A stretch of 124,000 bases of DNA from positions 144,001 through 268,000 of the forward strand of contig NZ_JMCB01000013.1 in assembly GCF_000737315.1 (NCBI RefSeq), written 5' to 3'. Below are positions 98,145 through 108,440 of the stretch, piece after piece. How positions within the stretch are numbered: position 1 is the first letter of the stretch; each line of letters starts with the position of its first letter. Under the pieces are notes generated by a model that had not been told where the DNA came from, did no database searches, and saw only the letters and a list, made by a program, of their open reading frames with translations. Source of the DNA: Hyalangium minutum (GTDB lineage: Bacteria; Myxococcota; Myxococcia; Myxococcales; Myxococcaceae). Both the position numbers and the translations under genes were made by a program.

Positions 98145-99727
98145 GAGCGCCTCCGCCGCCGCAGGCCGCCCCGCTTGCCCTTCTTCTTCGCCTCAGAAAT
98201 CTCCATGGGCGGGGAGACCTCCTTGTCCTTCTTGTCCGTGCCTCCGTTACGCACGCGCGCGTGGCCGGTGAGGATGTTCTCCGCGCTCTGGAAGGTGTCC
98301 GCCATGCGGATGCCCTCATCGGTGATGGAGAACTCGCGGATGCCGCTGTCGTACTGGCTCTCGCGCATCTTCATGATGGAGATGAGCCGGTACAGCTGCG
98401 AGCGCAGCTCCACGTAGCGCAGCAGGATGATGTTCTCCACGTAGGCGGCGGACTCGGCCAGCGGGGTCTCCACTCCGGGGCTGAGCAGGGGCGTCTCCTC
98501 GGAATAGAGCGTGGTGGCGTCCAGCATCCGCAGTTGGTGCGAGAGCGCGGAGAAGAAGCGCCCCATGCGATCCGGGTACACGGCGGCGGAGCGGAAGCCG
98601 GACACGCCGTCGATGAAGAGGCGGATCCGCTTCACGTTGCGCTCGTGGAGGCGCTCCAGGAGCCGCTCGGCCAGCGAATCCATGTTGTGCTCCAGCGGGG
98701 GCTGCCACTGGATCTCGATGAGGCCCTTGTCCACGTACTTCTTGAGGTCCTTCATGCCCACGCCCGCAGCCTTCTCCATCAGGCGCGGAGGCGTCTCGTA
98801 GAAGCCGAAGTAGACACCGGGCTGGCCCTCGCGGGCGCCCTGGAGCAGGAAGTGGAGCCCCAGCAGCGTCTTGCCCGTGCCGGGCGCGCCCAGGAGCATG
98901 GTGGTGGAGCCGGACAGCACGCCGCCCCGGAGCGACTCGTCCAGGCGGGGGATGCCGAAGGACATGCGGATGCGGTCCCCGGGGCTGTCCTCCTGGGGGT
99001 TGGCGAACTGCACCTCGGTGCGGGGGTGGATGACTATCCCCCGCTCGGAGATCTCCACCTCGTGCCGGCCGAGCAGCGAGTCGCTGCCGCGGAACTTCAG
99101 CGCGACAAGCTCCCGCACCGCGCGCGGTCCGGAGAGCCAGAGCGACAGCTCGAAGACACCGTCCACCGCGGTGTTCTCCGGGTGGGTGTCGCCCTCCTGG
99201 TGCGGAGAGAGCAGCAGGGTGGTGCAGCCGAGGATGCTCGTGAAGGCCTGCAGGTCCTGGAGGAAGCGCTTGAAGGACAGATCCGAGCGGGCGAACTCCT
99301 TGGCCGCGTCCATGCCGTCGATGATGAGCAGGGACACCTGGTTTTGCTGGGCCGTGCGTCGCACCATGTCCAGCAGGGCCTTGAGGCCGTCCTTCTCCAG
99401 CTCGGGGTAGCCGCTGACGTAGTGGAGCTTTTCGGGGATGACGCTCCGGTCGAAGAAGGTCATCTCCTCGATGTTGGCCAGCATGCGGGCGTGAGACTCC
99501 GTCAGGAGCGTCACGTAGAGGGCACGGCCGCCCTCCTTCACATGGTTGAAGGCGATCTGGTTGGCCAGCACCGTCTTGCCTGAGCCGGGAGGCCCCAAAA
99601 TGGCGTACGAGGAGCCTCTCAGCAGGCCGCCTTTGGTGATGAAGTCCAGCCGGGGCACTCGGGTGATGAGCCGCTTGTGCTCGGCCTTGCGGTCCTGCTC
99701 ACCGTGCCCCTTCTCTTGAGACGACAC
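98141..99727 (-). CDS. KaiC-like (RAD55 family) double-domain ATPase
   Basis: Two RecA domains with GPPGSGKT and GAPGTGKT, plus KFRGS and KMRES motifs. Confidence 0.88.
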   Translation of the reverse strand: MSSQEKGHGEQDRKAEHKRLITRVPRLDFITKGGLLRGSSYAILGPPGSGKTVLANQIAFNHVKEGGRALYVTLLTESHARMLANIEEMTFFDRSVIPEKLHYVSGYPELEKDGLKALLDMVRRTAQQNQVSLLIIDGMDAAKEFARSDLSFKRFLQDLQAFTSILGCTTLLLSPHQEGDTHPENTAVDGVFELSLWLSGPRAVRELVALKFRGSDSLLGRHEVEISERGIVIHPRTEVQFANPQEDSPGDRIRMSFGIPRLDESLRGGVLSGSTTMLLGAPGTGKTLLGLHFLLQGAREGQPGVYFGFYETPPRLMEKAAGVGMKDLKKYVDKGLIEIQWQPPLEHNMDSLAERLLERLHERNVKRIRLFIDGVSGFRSAAVYPDRMGRFFSALSHQLRMLDATTLYSEETPLLSPGVETPLAESAAYVENIILLRYVELRSQLYRLISIMKMRESQYDSGIREFSITDEGIRMADTFQSAENILTGHARVRNGGTDKKDKEVSPPMEISEAKKKGKRGGLRRRRRS

Positions 99728-99748
99728 ACTCCCTCCTTCTGAAGCGCC

Positions 99749-100861
99749 TCAGTAGCGTTCGGTCCGGCGCAGGGGCAGCAGCACCTGGAAGGTGGCGCCC
99801 TGGCCGGGCTCGCTGGTGACCGAGATGGTCCCCCCGTGAGCCGTGACGATTTCCTTGGCGATGTAAAGGCCGAGCCCCAGGCTCTCGGACTGACGGGCCG
99901 TGGTAGCCCGCTCGAAGCGGTCGAAGATACGGGCCTGATCCTGAGGAGCGATCCCGATGCCATGATCCCTGACGAGGATGACGGCCCATTCCGGGCGCTC
100001 CTCCACGTGGATCTGCACGGGCCGGCCGCCGCCGTATTTGATGGCATTGGTGACCAGGTTGGTCAGCACCTGCTCCAGGCGAAGCCGATCTCCGAAGAGG
100101 ATGATGGGCTCGTGGTGCAGCTCGAACTGGAGTTCCACGCCCACGGCGCGGGCTTGGGCTTCGAGCCGCAGGGCCAGATCTCCGGTCAGCTCCACCAAGT
100201 CCAACGCGCTGATGTCCAGCCGGAGCTTGTGGCTGGTGACGCGGGACACGTCCAGCAGCGTGTCCAGCAGCTGTTGCAGCCGATCGATCTGGCGGAGGGC
100301 GGGGGTGAGGCTCTTCTCGACGGTGGTCTTGGGGATGGTTTCGGTGGCGCCGCGGGTGGTCAGGTAGAGCGTGCGCTCCAGGTGGAGGCGCAGGGCGGTG
100401 AGCGGGGTCTTCAGCTCGTGGGCGGCGACGGAGAGAAACTCGTCTCGCTCGCGGATGGCGCCCTGGGCGCGGCTCTGGAGGCGCAGGAGCGCCTCGATGT
100501 TGGCCAGGAGCTCCTCCTCTTCCATGGGAGTGGTCCAGTAGGCGTCCGCACCGTGAGCCAGGCCCCGGATGCGGTCCTCACGCTGGACGGAGACGGCGGA
100601 GAGGTGGGCAATGAGGAGATCTTGGGTCTCCTCATGGTTGCGAAGGCGCCGGCAGACCTCGTAGCCATCGATGTCGGGCAGGTGAACGTCCAGGAGGACG
100701 AGGTCCGGCCTGCCCTCGGCGATGGACAGGGCCTGCTTGCCGTTCTTGGCCTCGAGGACCTGGTAGCCGGCCATGCGCAGCATGTGGCTGACCATGTAGA
100801 GGGTCGCAGGGTGATCGTTGACGTTGAGGATGGTCGCCTTGGGAGGCGGCCGCTCACCCAT
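99749..100861 (-). CDS. Hybrid receiver-histidine kinase
   Basis: N-terminal receiver, AHELKTPL, NLVTNAIKY, DHGIG and GLGLYI. Confidence 0.92.
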   Translation of the reverse strand: MGERPPPKATILNVNDHPATLYMVSHMLRMAGYQVLEAKNGKQALSIAEGRPDLVLLDVHLPDIDGYEVCRRLRNHEETQDLLIAHLSAVSVQREDRIRGLAHGADAYWTTPMEEEELLANIEALLRLQSRAQGAIRERDEFLSVAAHELKTPLTALRLHLERTLYLTTRGATETIPKTTVEKSLTPALRQIDRLQQLLDTLLDVSRVTSHKLRLDISALDLVELTGDLALRLEAQARAVGVELQFELHHEPIILFGDRLRLEQVLTNLVTNAIKYGGGRPVQIHVEERPEWAVILVRDHGIGIAPQDQARIFDRFERATTARQSESLGLGLYIAKEIVTAHGGTISVTSEPGQGATFQVLLPLRRTERY

Positions 100862-101050
100862 GTTTCCTGGCGCGTTCACAAAGTCTTTCCGCGAGGGAGA
100901 CTGTGTACCGTCGTTCAGAAGCGGAATCCCACCAGGAAGTTTTTACGTCCGAATCCCTTCAAGCCTCCCCCCCGGTGTTGCTTGGTAGGCAGTCATGCGA
101001 TGAGGTGTGAGATAGGCAACGTCTGAAGAGAGAGCCGCTCGTCACGCCCC

Positions 101051-101872
101051 TCAAGAAATGGCAGCGCGGGAGCGGAGCTTCTGGAACTGCTCCGGGGGCA
101101 TGGAGGCCGTGCCCAGATGCCGCCCCGGCGCCACCTTCTCTCCGTGGAAGTCGCTGCCCGCCGTGGGCACCAGCTCGAACTCCTTCGCCAGTGCCATGTA
101201 CTTCTCCCGCACGCTCGGGTTGTGGTCCGAGTGGTACACCTCCAGCCCCGAGAGCCCGGCCTTCGCCAGTTGCGCGATCTCCATCCGGTTCATCTTCGAG
101301 GTGCCCGGGTGCGCCAGCGTCGCGGTGCCGCCCGCGTTCCGGATCAGCTGGATGGCGTCCACCCCGTCCAGCCGGTAGCGGTCCACCCACGCAGGGCGTC
101401 CGTCTCCCAGGAAGCGGTCGAACGCCTCCTTTGTATCTACGCACCAGCCTTTCTCCACCAGCACCCGCGCCAGGTGCGGCCGGCCCAGGTGGGCCTTGTC
101501 CGCGATGGCGTACACGTCCTGCATCCGCACCGGGAAGCCGAGCTTGCGCATCTTCTCCACCATCTGCTCCATGCGCTGCTCGCGCTCGATGCGCAGCTTG
101601 TCGGCGAACTGGGAGATGTCCGGGTCCTCCGGCCGCAGGAAGTGCCCCAGAATGTGGGCCTCCCGCCCCAGCACGAACGCGGACAGCTCGATGCCGGGTA
101701 CCAGCTCCAGGCCCCGGGCCTTCGCCGCCGCCATCGCCGCCGCCAGCCCTGCCACCGTGTCGTGGTCTGTCACCGCCAGCACCGTCACCCCCGCTGCAGC
101801 CGCCATGCTCAGCAGCTCGTCGGGGGAGTGCTGTCCATCGCTTGCAGTGGTGTGGGAGTGCAGATCAATCAC
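101051..101872 (-). CDS. PHP domain protein
   Basis: DLHSHTTASDG, TDHDT, AHP and GSDFHG motifs. Confidence 0.9.
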   Translation of the reverse strand: MIDLHSHTTASDGQHSPDELLSMAAAAGVTVLAVTDHDTVAGLAAAMAAAKARGLELVPGIELSAFVLGREAHILGHFLRPEDPDISQFADKLRIEREQRMEQMVEKMRKLGFPVRMQDVYAIADKAHLGRPHLARVLVEKGWCVDTKEAFDRFLGDGRPAWVDRYRLDGVDAIQLIRNAGGTATLAHPGTSKMNRMEIAQLAKAGLSGLEVYHSDHNPSVREKYMALAKEFELVPTAGSDFHGEKVAPGRHLGTASMPPEQFQKLRSRAAIS

Positions 101873-102033
101873 GGCGTGCTCCAGGGTTCAGGGAGAAGGG
101901 GAGGGGCTCCTGTCTCTCTATCTACCTGAAGCCCGGTCCGGCGGCATGCCTGGGGGCGGACTGGCCATGACTGAACGCCTGCCCCCGAGTCCCTCACCGT
102001 GCCGGGCCGCCTGCGCGTAGAGTCCTCGACACC

Positions 102034-102300
102034 ATGGCCAAGACGGACGACACCATCGAGAACCGGGTCTATCTCTTCGAGTCGCTCGCGAGCAGCTACG
102101 TGGCGGCCGCCTCCGAGCTGCTGGGCTCCGACGACGCCTCCGTGCGCGAGCGGGCCCGGCGCGCCCTGGCGGAGCTGGCCTACGTCTCCTGCGTGGTGGC
102201 CGACACCCAGCACCTGTCCCCCGAGCAGGTTCGCGACCGCATCCTGGGCGCTCCCGAGCCGGAACCGGCCCCCAAGTCCAAGGCCGGGGGCCGCCGGTAG
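102034..102300 (+). CDS. Hypothetical protein
   Basis: 88-aa ORF with strong GC3 bias, co-directional with the next gene. Confidence 0.65.
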   Translation: MAKTDDTIENRVYLFESLASSYVAAASELLGSDDASVRERARRALAELAYVSCVVADTQHLSPEQVRDRILGAPEPEPAPKSKAGGRR

Positions 102301-102347
102301 CGCGGATCGCTCCCCACAGCGCGCCGCGGATGGTATAGCCGCGCGCC

Positions 102348-103568
102348 ATGGCCAAGACCTCGAACCCGAAGAAGTCCCTCCGCGCTGCCTACTCGGGGGC
102401 GCGCAAGGCGGATCCCCGTCCCATCACCGGCAAGGAGAAGCCGGCTGAGCTGCTCGCCCATGCCTTCAGCGCCTACGTGGGCCGTCAGGAGCGCACCGCG
102501 TTCGAGCTCATGTCCAAGTCGGTGGAACAGGACGCGTCCATCTTCCTCACGCTGTCGGGCGCCATGACGCCGGCGGGCCTGCACCAGAGCTGCCTCATCC
102601 CACTCATCGAGAAGGGCGTCATCTCCGCGCTGACCACCACGGGCGCCAACCTCTACCACGATGCCCACCGCATCATCGGCCACGCCATTCGCGAGGTGAA
102701 CCCGAACGCGGGCGACCTTCAGTACCGGCTGGCGCGCATCATCCGCATCTACGACTTGGGCTTCTGGGAGGAGGCGCTGCTGGACACGGACCGGCTTTTC
102801 TCCGCCATCATCCGCGGCCCCGAGTTCCAGCGGAAGATGACCACCCCCGAGTTCCACTACTTGCTGGGCAAGGCCGTCTACCAGATCGAGAAGAAGCTGG
102901 GCGTGAAGCAGCCCTCGCTGCTGTCCACCTGCTACAAGCACGCAGTGCCCATCTGGGTGGGCGCGGTGCAGGACGGCTCGATCTTCCTGAACGTCGTGAA
103001 GCTCAAGCGCCTGCTGGGCGCCGAGTTCAAGTTCGAGCTCGACATCAACGACGACGTCTACTCCATGGCGGCGATGCAGCACTTCTGCCGCCACAACGGC
103101 TCCAAGCGGCTGGCGATCTGGATCCTCGGGGGTGGCGTGCCCAAGAACTACACGCTGCAGGGCGAGCCGCTGCTGGACCAGATCCTCAACGTGCCCACCA
103201 CGGGCTTCGACATCGACGTGCAGTTCTGCGTGGACCCGGTGGACAACGGGGCGCTGTCGAGCTGCCCGGCCGGTGAGGGCCACACCTGGGGCAAGGTCTC
103301 CGTGGAGGCCGTGGAGACGGGCTCGGTGTACGTGCACTGTGACGTGACGGCCGTGTTCCCCTGGCTCACGCACGCGCTGCTGTCCGAGCCGAAGAACAAG
103401 CGCAAGCCCATGCGGCTGATGGACAAGATGGGCGAGGCCATCTCCTTCCTGGACAAGGACGTGCGCAAGCGCAGCAAGGAGTTGATGAAGACGCTGGACT
103501 GGAGCATCCAGGACGCGGAGCCCTCGAAGGAAGAGGACGCCGAGAAGCACGAGGCTTACGTCCGCTAA
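102348..103568 (+). CDS. Deoxyhypusine synthase-like protein
   Basis: LSGAMTPAG, TTGANLYHD, GGGVPKN, GALSSCP.GEGHTWGK. Confidence 0.88.
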   Translation: MAKTSNPKKSLRAAYSGARKADPRPITGKEKPAELLAHAFSAYVGRQERTAFELMSKSVEQDASIFLTLSGAMTPAGLHQSCLIPLIEKGVISALTTTGANLYHDAHRIIGHAIREVNPNAGDLQYRLARIIRIYDLGFWEEALLDTDRLFSAIIRGPEFQRKMTTPEFHYLLGKAVYQIEKKLGVKQPSLLSTCYKHAVPIWVGAVQDGSIFLNVVKLKRLLGAEFKFELDINDDVYSMAAMQHFCRHNGSKRLAIWILGGGVPKNYTLQGEPLLDQILNVPTTGFDIDVQFCVDPVDNGALSSCPAGEGHTWGKVSVEAVETGSVYVHCDVTAVFPWLTHALLSEPKNKRKPMRLMDKMGEAISFLDKDVRKRSKELMKTLDWSIQDAEPSKEEDAEKHEAYVR

Positions 103569-103592
103569 CCCGTTGTGCACAGGAGCACTGAC

Positions 103593-104039
103593 ATGAGCCA
103601 GCCCTCGCAGCCCACCGGTGTGGTGATGACCGCCATCACCGCTCCGGCCTTCAAGACGCAGCTTGAGCACGGGCCCTCGGGCTCGCGCATGAACACGGAG
103701 GCCCCCAAGGACAACGGCGGGACGGGGGCCTCGTTCTCGCCCACGGACTTGGTGGGCGCGGCGCTCGCCTCGTGCGCGGTGACGACGATGGCGCTGACCG
103801 CCTCGCGCGAGGGCATTCCCTTTGGGGAAGCCCGGGCCACGGTGGAGAAGCGGATGACGCCTCCGCCGCGCCGCATTGGCGAGCTGGTGCTGCAGATCCA
103901 GATGCCCGCGGGCCTGTCCAAGGCGCACCGGGCCCGGCTGGAGGAGGCTGCCCACGGCTGCCCCGTGGCACGAAGCCTCCACCCGGACCTGAAGCTGCCC
104001 GTCACCTTCACCTACCCGGACGAGCCCCGCGAGGGCTGA
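103593..104039 (+). CDS. OsmC family protein
   Basis: FSPTDLVGAALASC and CPVARSL motifs. Confidence 0.88.
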   Translation: MSQPSQPTGVVMTAITAPAFKTQLEHGPSGSRMNTEAPKDNGGTGASFSPTDLVGAALASCAVTTMALTASREGIPFGEARATVEKRMTPPPRRIGELVLQIQMPAGLSKAHRARLEEAAHGCPVARSLHPDLKLPVTFTYPDEPREG

Positions 104040-104166
104040 CGCTTGGGTGCCTGCTGACGCGCGTCTGAGCTTCCCTGCCTGGTGTCCAGGCACTGGGGCG
104101 CTGACGCCTGCAAGCCCCGGCGGGAATGCCAACCCTGGCAGGAGTCATCCGCCAGGGAGGCAGACC

Positions 104167-104703
104167 GTGGACGTCAAGCTGCTGGGCATCTACCTGAACG
104201 ATCATCTCGCCGGCTCGCACACGGGGCTCGAGCTCGCGCGCCGTGCGCACCGGGAGAACCGGGACAACGCAGTGGGGCGCTACCTCATCACGTTCATCAA
104301 GGAGCTGGAGGATGAGCGCACGGTGCTGCAGCAGATCATGCGTGCGCTGGGCGTGACCCGGAACGAGTTCAAGCACCTCGCGGGGTGGGTCATGGAGAAG
104401 GTGGCGCGGCTGAAGACCCACACCCATCTGGTGCACCGCACGCCCCTGACCCGGATGGTGGAGCTGGAGGCGCTGTCCATCGCGGTGATCGGCAAGCGCT
104501 CCATGTGGACCCTGCTGCAGCGGCACGCGCGAGTCGAGCGGCGGCTGGCGGGCTTTGACTTCGAGACGCTCATCGCCCAGGCGGAGTCGCAGCACGTGTC
104601 GCTGGACCGGCTGCGCCTGCAGGCCGCGGAGACAGCCTTCATGCAAGCGCCACTGCCCTCTGGCGTGGCCTCGCCCCTGGAGCACCCCGAACACGTGGGG
104701 TGA
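104167..104703 (+). CDS. Hypothetical all-helical (ferritin-like) protein
   Basis: IYLNDHLAGS...ELE.L...GK..MW pattern; GTG start with RBS GGAGG. Confidence 0.65.
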   Translation: MDVKLLGIYLNDHLAGSHTGLELARRAHRENRDNAVGRYLITFIKELEDERTVLQQIMRALGVTRNEFKHLAGWVMEKVARLKTHTHLVHRTPLTRMVELEALSIAVIGKRSMWTLLQRHARVERRLAGFDFETLIAQAESQHVSLDRLRLQAAETAFMQAPLPSGVASPLEHPEHVG

Positions 104704-104847
104704 AGCTGGCCCCGAGTCCACCCTGGATGTGGGCCTCCGGACAGGGGCAGGACAGGAGCGTGGAGTCCGCGACAGGCCTCCGGAATTTGCTTATCCGCCC
104801 GGCGGAGAGCTTCTGTACGTGGGAGCCCATCCTTCCACGGGCGGTGT

Positions 104848-105495
104848 ATGGGGCTCTTTCCTCCAGGCACAGACGACGTGATCCGCGGGGTGCTCGGCCT
104901 GATGGCGGGGCTTCCCGTGGTGGGCACCGTGGGGCTGATGCTCATGGCCCGGAGCCCCCTGGGCACCTCAGCCTTCGAGCCGGTGCAACAACCCGTGCAG
105001 TTCGACCACCGCCACCATGTCGGGGATGAGGGCATCGGCTGCCGCTACTGCCATGAGGGCGCCTGGGAGGGGCCCTTCGCGGGTGTTCCGCCCACCAGCC
105101 GGTGCATGGGCTGCCACGCGCAGATCTGGAACGAGAGCTCGCTGCTAGCACCCGTGCGCGAGAGCTACTTCCAGGACCGGCCCATTCCCTGGAACCGCGT
105201 CCACCGGCTGCCGCACTTCACGTTCTTCAACCACTCCATCCATGTCCATAAGGGCGTGGGGTGCGTGAGCTGCCACGGCCGCGTGGATCAGATGCCGCTC
105301 GTGCAGCAGGTGGTCCCTCTCACCATGGGCTGGTGCCTGGAGTGCCATCGCGATCCGGCGCCCCACCTGCGCCCACTGGAGCACATCGCCGACATGACAT
105401 GGCGGCCCGCGGGTGATGCCCGCGAGGTGGGCCGCCGGGTGATGCAAGCGCTGCAGGTCTCCCCTCGCACCGAGTGCACCACATGCCATCGCTGA
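104848..105495 (+). CDS. actA: Alternative complex III pentaheme cytochrome c ActA
   Basis: Five CxxCH motifs (CRYCH, CMGCH, CVSCH, CLECH, CTTCH) and an N-terminal TM. Confidence 0.9.
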   Translation: MGLFPPGTDDVIRGVLGLMAGLPVVGTVGLMLMARSPLGTSAFEPVQQPVQFDHRHHVGDEGIGCRYCHEGAWEGPFAGVPPTSRCMGCHAQIWNESSLLAPVRESYFQDRPIPWNRVHRLPHFTFFNHSIHVHKGVGCVSCHGRVDQMPLVQQVVPLTMGWCLECHRDPAPHLRPLEHIADMTWRPAGDAREVGRRVMQALQVSPRTECTTCHR

Positions 105496-108440
105496 AGGAG
105501 CGCTACCCCCTGCCAGTGCTAGCCGAGGCGCCCGACGCGTGGCGCAGCCTCGAGGAGCGCCGTGCCACGCTGGCCGCGCCCGAGGGCGAGTTCCCCCTGG
105601 GAGCCTCCGAGCCGCCTCAGGGGATCTCCCGCCGGGCGGTGCTGGAGCTGGCCGCCTTCGGGGCCGCCGCGGCGGGGCTGTCCGGCTGTTTCCGGCAGCC
105701 TCCCGAGAAGGTGATGCCCTATTCGAAGCAGCCGCCCGAGGTGACGCCCGGAGTGCCGCTGCACTACGCCACGGGGCTCACGCTGGAGGGCTACGTGCGC
105801 GGCCTCGTGGTGCGCAGCCACGAGGGCCGGCCCACCAAGGTGGAGGGCAACCCTGAGCAACCCGAGAGCCTCGGTGCGGCGGGTGCGCATGAACAGGCAT
105901 CGTTGCTCGGGCTGTACGATCCACACCGCGCGCGCGTGGTGCGCCACCAGGGGGAGCCTGTCTCTCGCGCTGCGCTCTTCTCGTGGCTGATCGAGCGCGC
106001 CCAGCGGAACGACGGGGGCGCCGGACTTCGGCTGCTGGTAGAGCCCAGTGCCTCTCCGCTGTGGGCGGACACCTATGCGCGGCTGCTCGAGCGCTACCCT
106101 CGCGCGAAGGTGGTGCCCTTCAGCGGCATCGAGCCAGTGCAGGCGCGCGAGGGGGCCCGGCTCGCCTTCGGTCGGCCGCTCCAGGTGCTGCCTCGCTTCT
106201 CGGAGGCACGCACGGTGGTGTCGCTGGACGACGACTTCCTGTCCACGTTGCCAGGGAGCCCGCGCACAGCGCGTGAGTTCGTCTCCGCTCGCGCCCGGCC
106301 GGAGAGCAATCGGCTGTGGGTGGTGGAGAGCCACTTGAGCGTCACGGGCGCCTTCGCGGATCACCGGCTGAGAGCCCGGCCCTCCCGGCTGCCGCATTTG
106401 GCGCGCGCGCTGGCCGCCGAGGTGGGACGGGCGCTGGGGCACGCGGGGCTCGCGAGTCTCGCCGACGGCACCACGTCCCTGAGCGAGACGGAGCGGCGCT
106501 GGCTGACGGTGGCAGCCAAGGATCTCGTGGCGCAGCGAGGCGCGGCGCTGGTGGTGGCCGGAGCGCGGCAGCCCGCAGCGGTTCATGCGCTCGCACACTG
106601 GCTCAACGAGGCCCTCGGCCCGGGCGCGCTGGTGCGCTTCGTGGACGAGCTGCTCAGCCCTGTGCCAGACGCCTCGGCGCTGCCGGCCCTGGTGGAGGAG
106701 CTGCGCGCCGGGACCGTGGACACGCTGATCATCACCGCCTGGAACCCTGTCTACCGTGCGCCCGTGGATGTGCCTCTCGTCGAGGCGCTCGGGCGGGTGC
106801 CGTACACGGTGTACTGCGCGCTCGAGGAGGACGAGACGGCTGCGGCGTGTACTTGGTTCGTCCCCGCTACTCACCCTTATGAGACGTGGGGAGATGGGCG
106901 GGCTCCGGAGGGAACCGCGACGATCCTCCAGCCGCTCATCGCCCCGCTGCAGGAGGCCGCGGTGGCGCCGCTGGACCTGTTGGCGGCCTTCACCGGAACG
107001 CTGGAGATGCCGCCCTACGAGCGGCTTCGGACGTTGTGGCGGGAGCGGGCCGGGCGTCCAGTGAGGTTCCAGGAGGCATGGGAGGGCTGGCTGGCCACGG
107101 GGGTCGTGCCAGGCACCGAGCTGCCGGCGCTCCAGGCGCGGGTGGACGCGGAGGCGGTCCTCGCGGCAGCGCGGGCACTTCGTCCCGCAGGGGAGGGACT
107201 CGAGCTGCACTTCGTGCCGGATCTCAAGCTCTACGATGGGCGCTTCGGTGCCAACCCGTGGCTGCAGGAGCTGCCCGATCCCATGACCCAGCTCACGTGG
107301 GACAACGCCGCCCTGGTGAGCCCCGCGACGGCCGCCCGGCTGGGGCTGGAGAGGGGTTCTCGGGTTCGGTTGGAGCTCCGGGGCCGCGCGCTGGAGGTGG
107401 CGGTGTTGCCCGTGCCCGGTCAGGCCGATGACACGGTGACGCTCCCGCTCGGCTACGGGCGGACGCGGGGCAGCCCCGTGGCACAGGGCGTGGGCTTCAA
107501 CGCGTACACCCTGTGGCATCAGGACTCGCCGGGGTGGGCCACGGGAGCGCGGCTCTCCCTGCTGGAGGGCCACCACGCCTTCGCGCTGACGCAGGAGCAC
107601 TGGCGGATGGAGGAGCGGCCCCTGGCGCTCCAGACGACGCAGGCCCGGTTCAAGGCCCACACGGACATGCTGCAAGGGATGCAGGAGCCCACGGAGCACC
107701 TCTACCCGCCGCCGGGGCCTCCGGTCGAGCCGCCCCACCGCTGGGGGATGGCCATCGATCTGCACCGCTGCACCGGGTGCAGCGCGTGCGTGGTGGCCTG
107801 CCAGGCGGAGAACAACATCCCTGTGGTGGGCAAGCACGAGGTGCTGCGCGGCCGGGAGATGCACTGGCTGCGCATCGATCGCTACTTCCTGGGAGACGAG
107901 CACGAGCCGGGAGTCATCACCCAGCCGCTGATGTGCGTGCACTGCGAGTACGCCCCTTGCGAGTACGTGTGCCCCGTTAACGCCACCGTCCACTCGGACG
108001 AGGGCCTCAACCAGATGATCTACAACCGCTGCATCGGCACGCGGTACTGCTCGAACAACTGCCCGTACAAGGTCCGCCGCTTCAACTACCTGGACTATAC
108101 GGGCCACGACCCGCTGGCGCGGATGCACCGCAATCCCCAGGTGACGGTGCGCTCGCGCGGGGTGATGGAGAAGTGCACCTACTGCGTGCAGCGCATCGAG
108201 TCGGCGCGCATCACCGCGCGCGTGGAGCGCCGCACCATCCGTGAGGGCGAGGTCCGCACGGCCTGCCAGCAGGCGTGTCCCACGGAGGCCATCGTCTTCG
108301 GAGATCTCAACCGCCCGGAGTCCCGCGTCTCCCAGCTTCACGAGGATCCCCGCCACTACAAGCTGCTGCACGAGCTGGGGACCGCGCCGCGCACGGTCCA
108401 CCTGTTGCGGCTGAAGAACCCGCACGAGGAACTCGGATGA
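105483..108440 (+). CDS. actB: ACIII ActB (molybdopterin-oxidoreductase-like + Fe-S fusion)
   Basis: Tat-like SRRAVL, GRPTKVEGNP, and C-terminal CTGCSAC, CVHCEYAPC, CIGTRYCSNNCP and EKCTYC. Confidence 0.92.
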   Translation: MPSLKERYPLPVLAEAPDAWRSLEERRATLAAPEGEFPLGASEPPQGISRRAVLELAAFGAAAAGLSGCFRQPPEKVMPYSKQPPEVTPGVPLHYATGLTLEGYVRGLVVRSHEGRPTKVEGNPEQPESLGAAGAHEQASLLGLYDPHRARVVRHQGEPVSRAALFSWLIERAQRNDGGAGLRLLVEPSASPLWADTYARLLERYPRAKVVPFSGIEPVQAREGARLAFGRPLQVLPRFSEARTVVSLDDDFLSTLPGSPRTAREFVSARARPESNRLWVVESHLSVTGAFADHRLRARPSRLPHLARALAAEVGRALGHAGLASLADGTTSLSETERRWLTVAAKDLVAQRGAALVVAGARQPAAVHALAHWLNEALGPGALVRFVDELLSPVPDASALPALVEELRAGTVDTLIITAWNPVYRAPVDVPLVEALGRVPYTVYCALEEDETAAACTWFVPATHPYETWGDGRAPEGTATILQPLIAPLQEAAVAPLDLLAAFTGTLEMPPYERLRTLWRERAGRPVRFQEAWEGWLATGVVPGTELPALQARVDAEAVLAAARALRPAGEGLELHFVPDLKLYDGRFGANPWLQELPDPMTQLTWDNAALVSPATAARLGLERGSRVRLELRGRALEVAVLPVPGQADDTVTLPLGYGRTRGSPVAQGVGFNAYTLWHQDSPGWATGARLSLLEGHHAFALTQEHWRMEERPLALQTTQARFKAHTDMLQGMQEPTEHLYPPPGPPVEPPHRWGMAIDLHRCTGCSACVVACQAENNIPVVGKHEVLRGREMHWLRIDRYFLGDEHEPGVITQPLMCVHCEYAPCEYVCPVNATVHSDEGLNQMIYNRCIGTRYCSNNCPYKVRRFNYLDYTGHDPLARMHRNPQVTVRSRGVMEKCTYCVQRIESARITARVERRTIREGEVRTACQQACPTEAIVFGDLNRPESRVSQLHEDPRHYKLLHELGTAPRTVHLLRLKNPHEELG

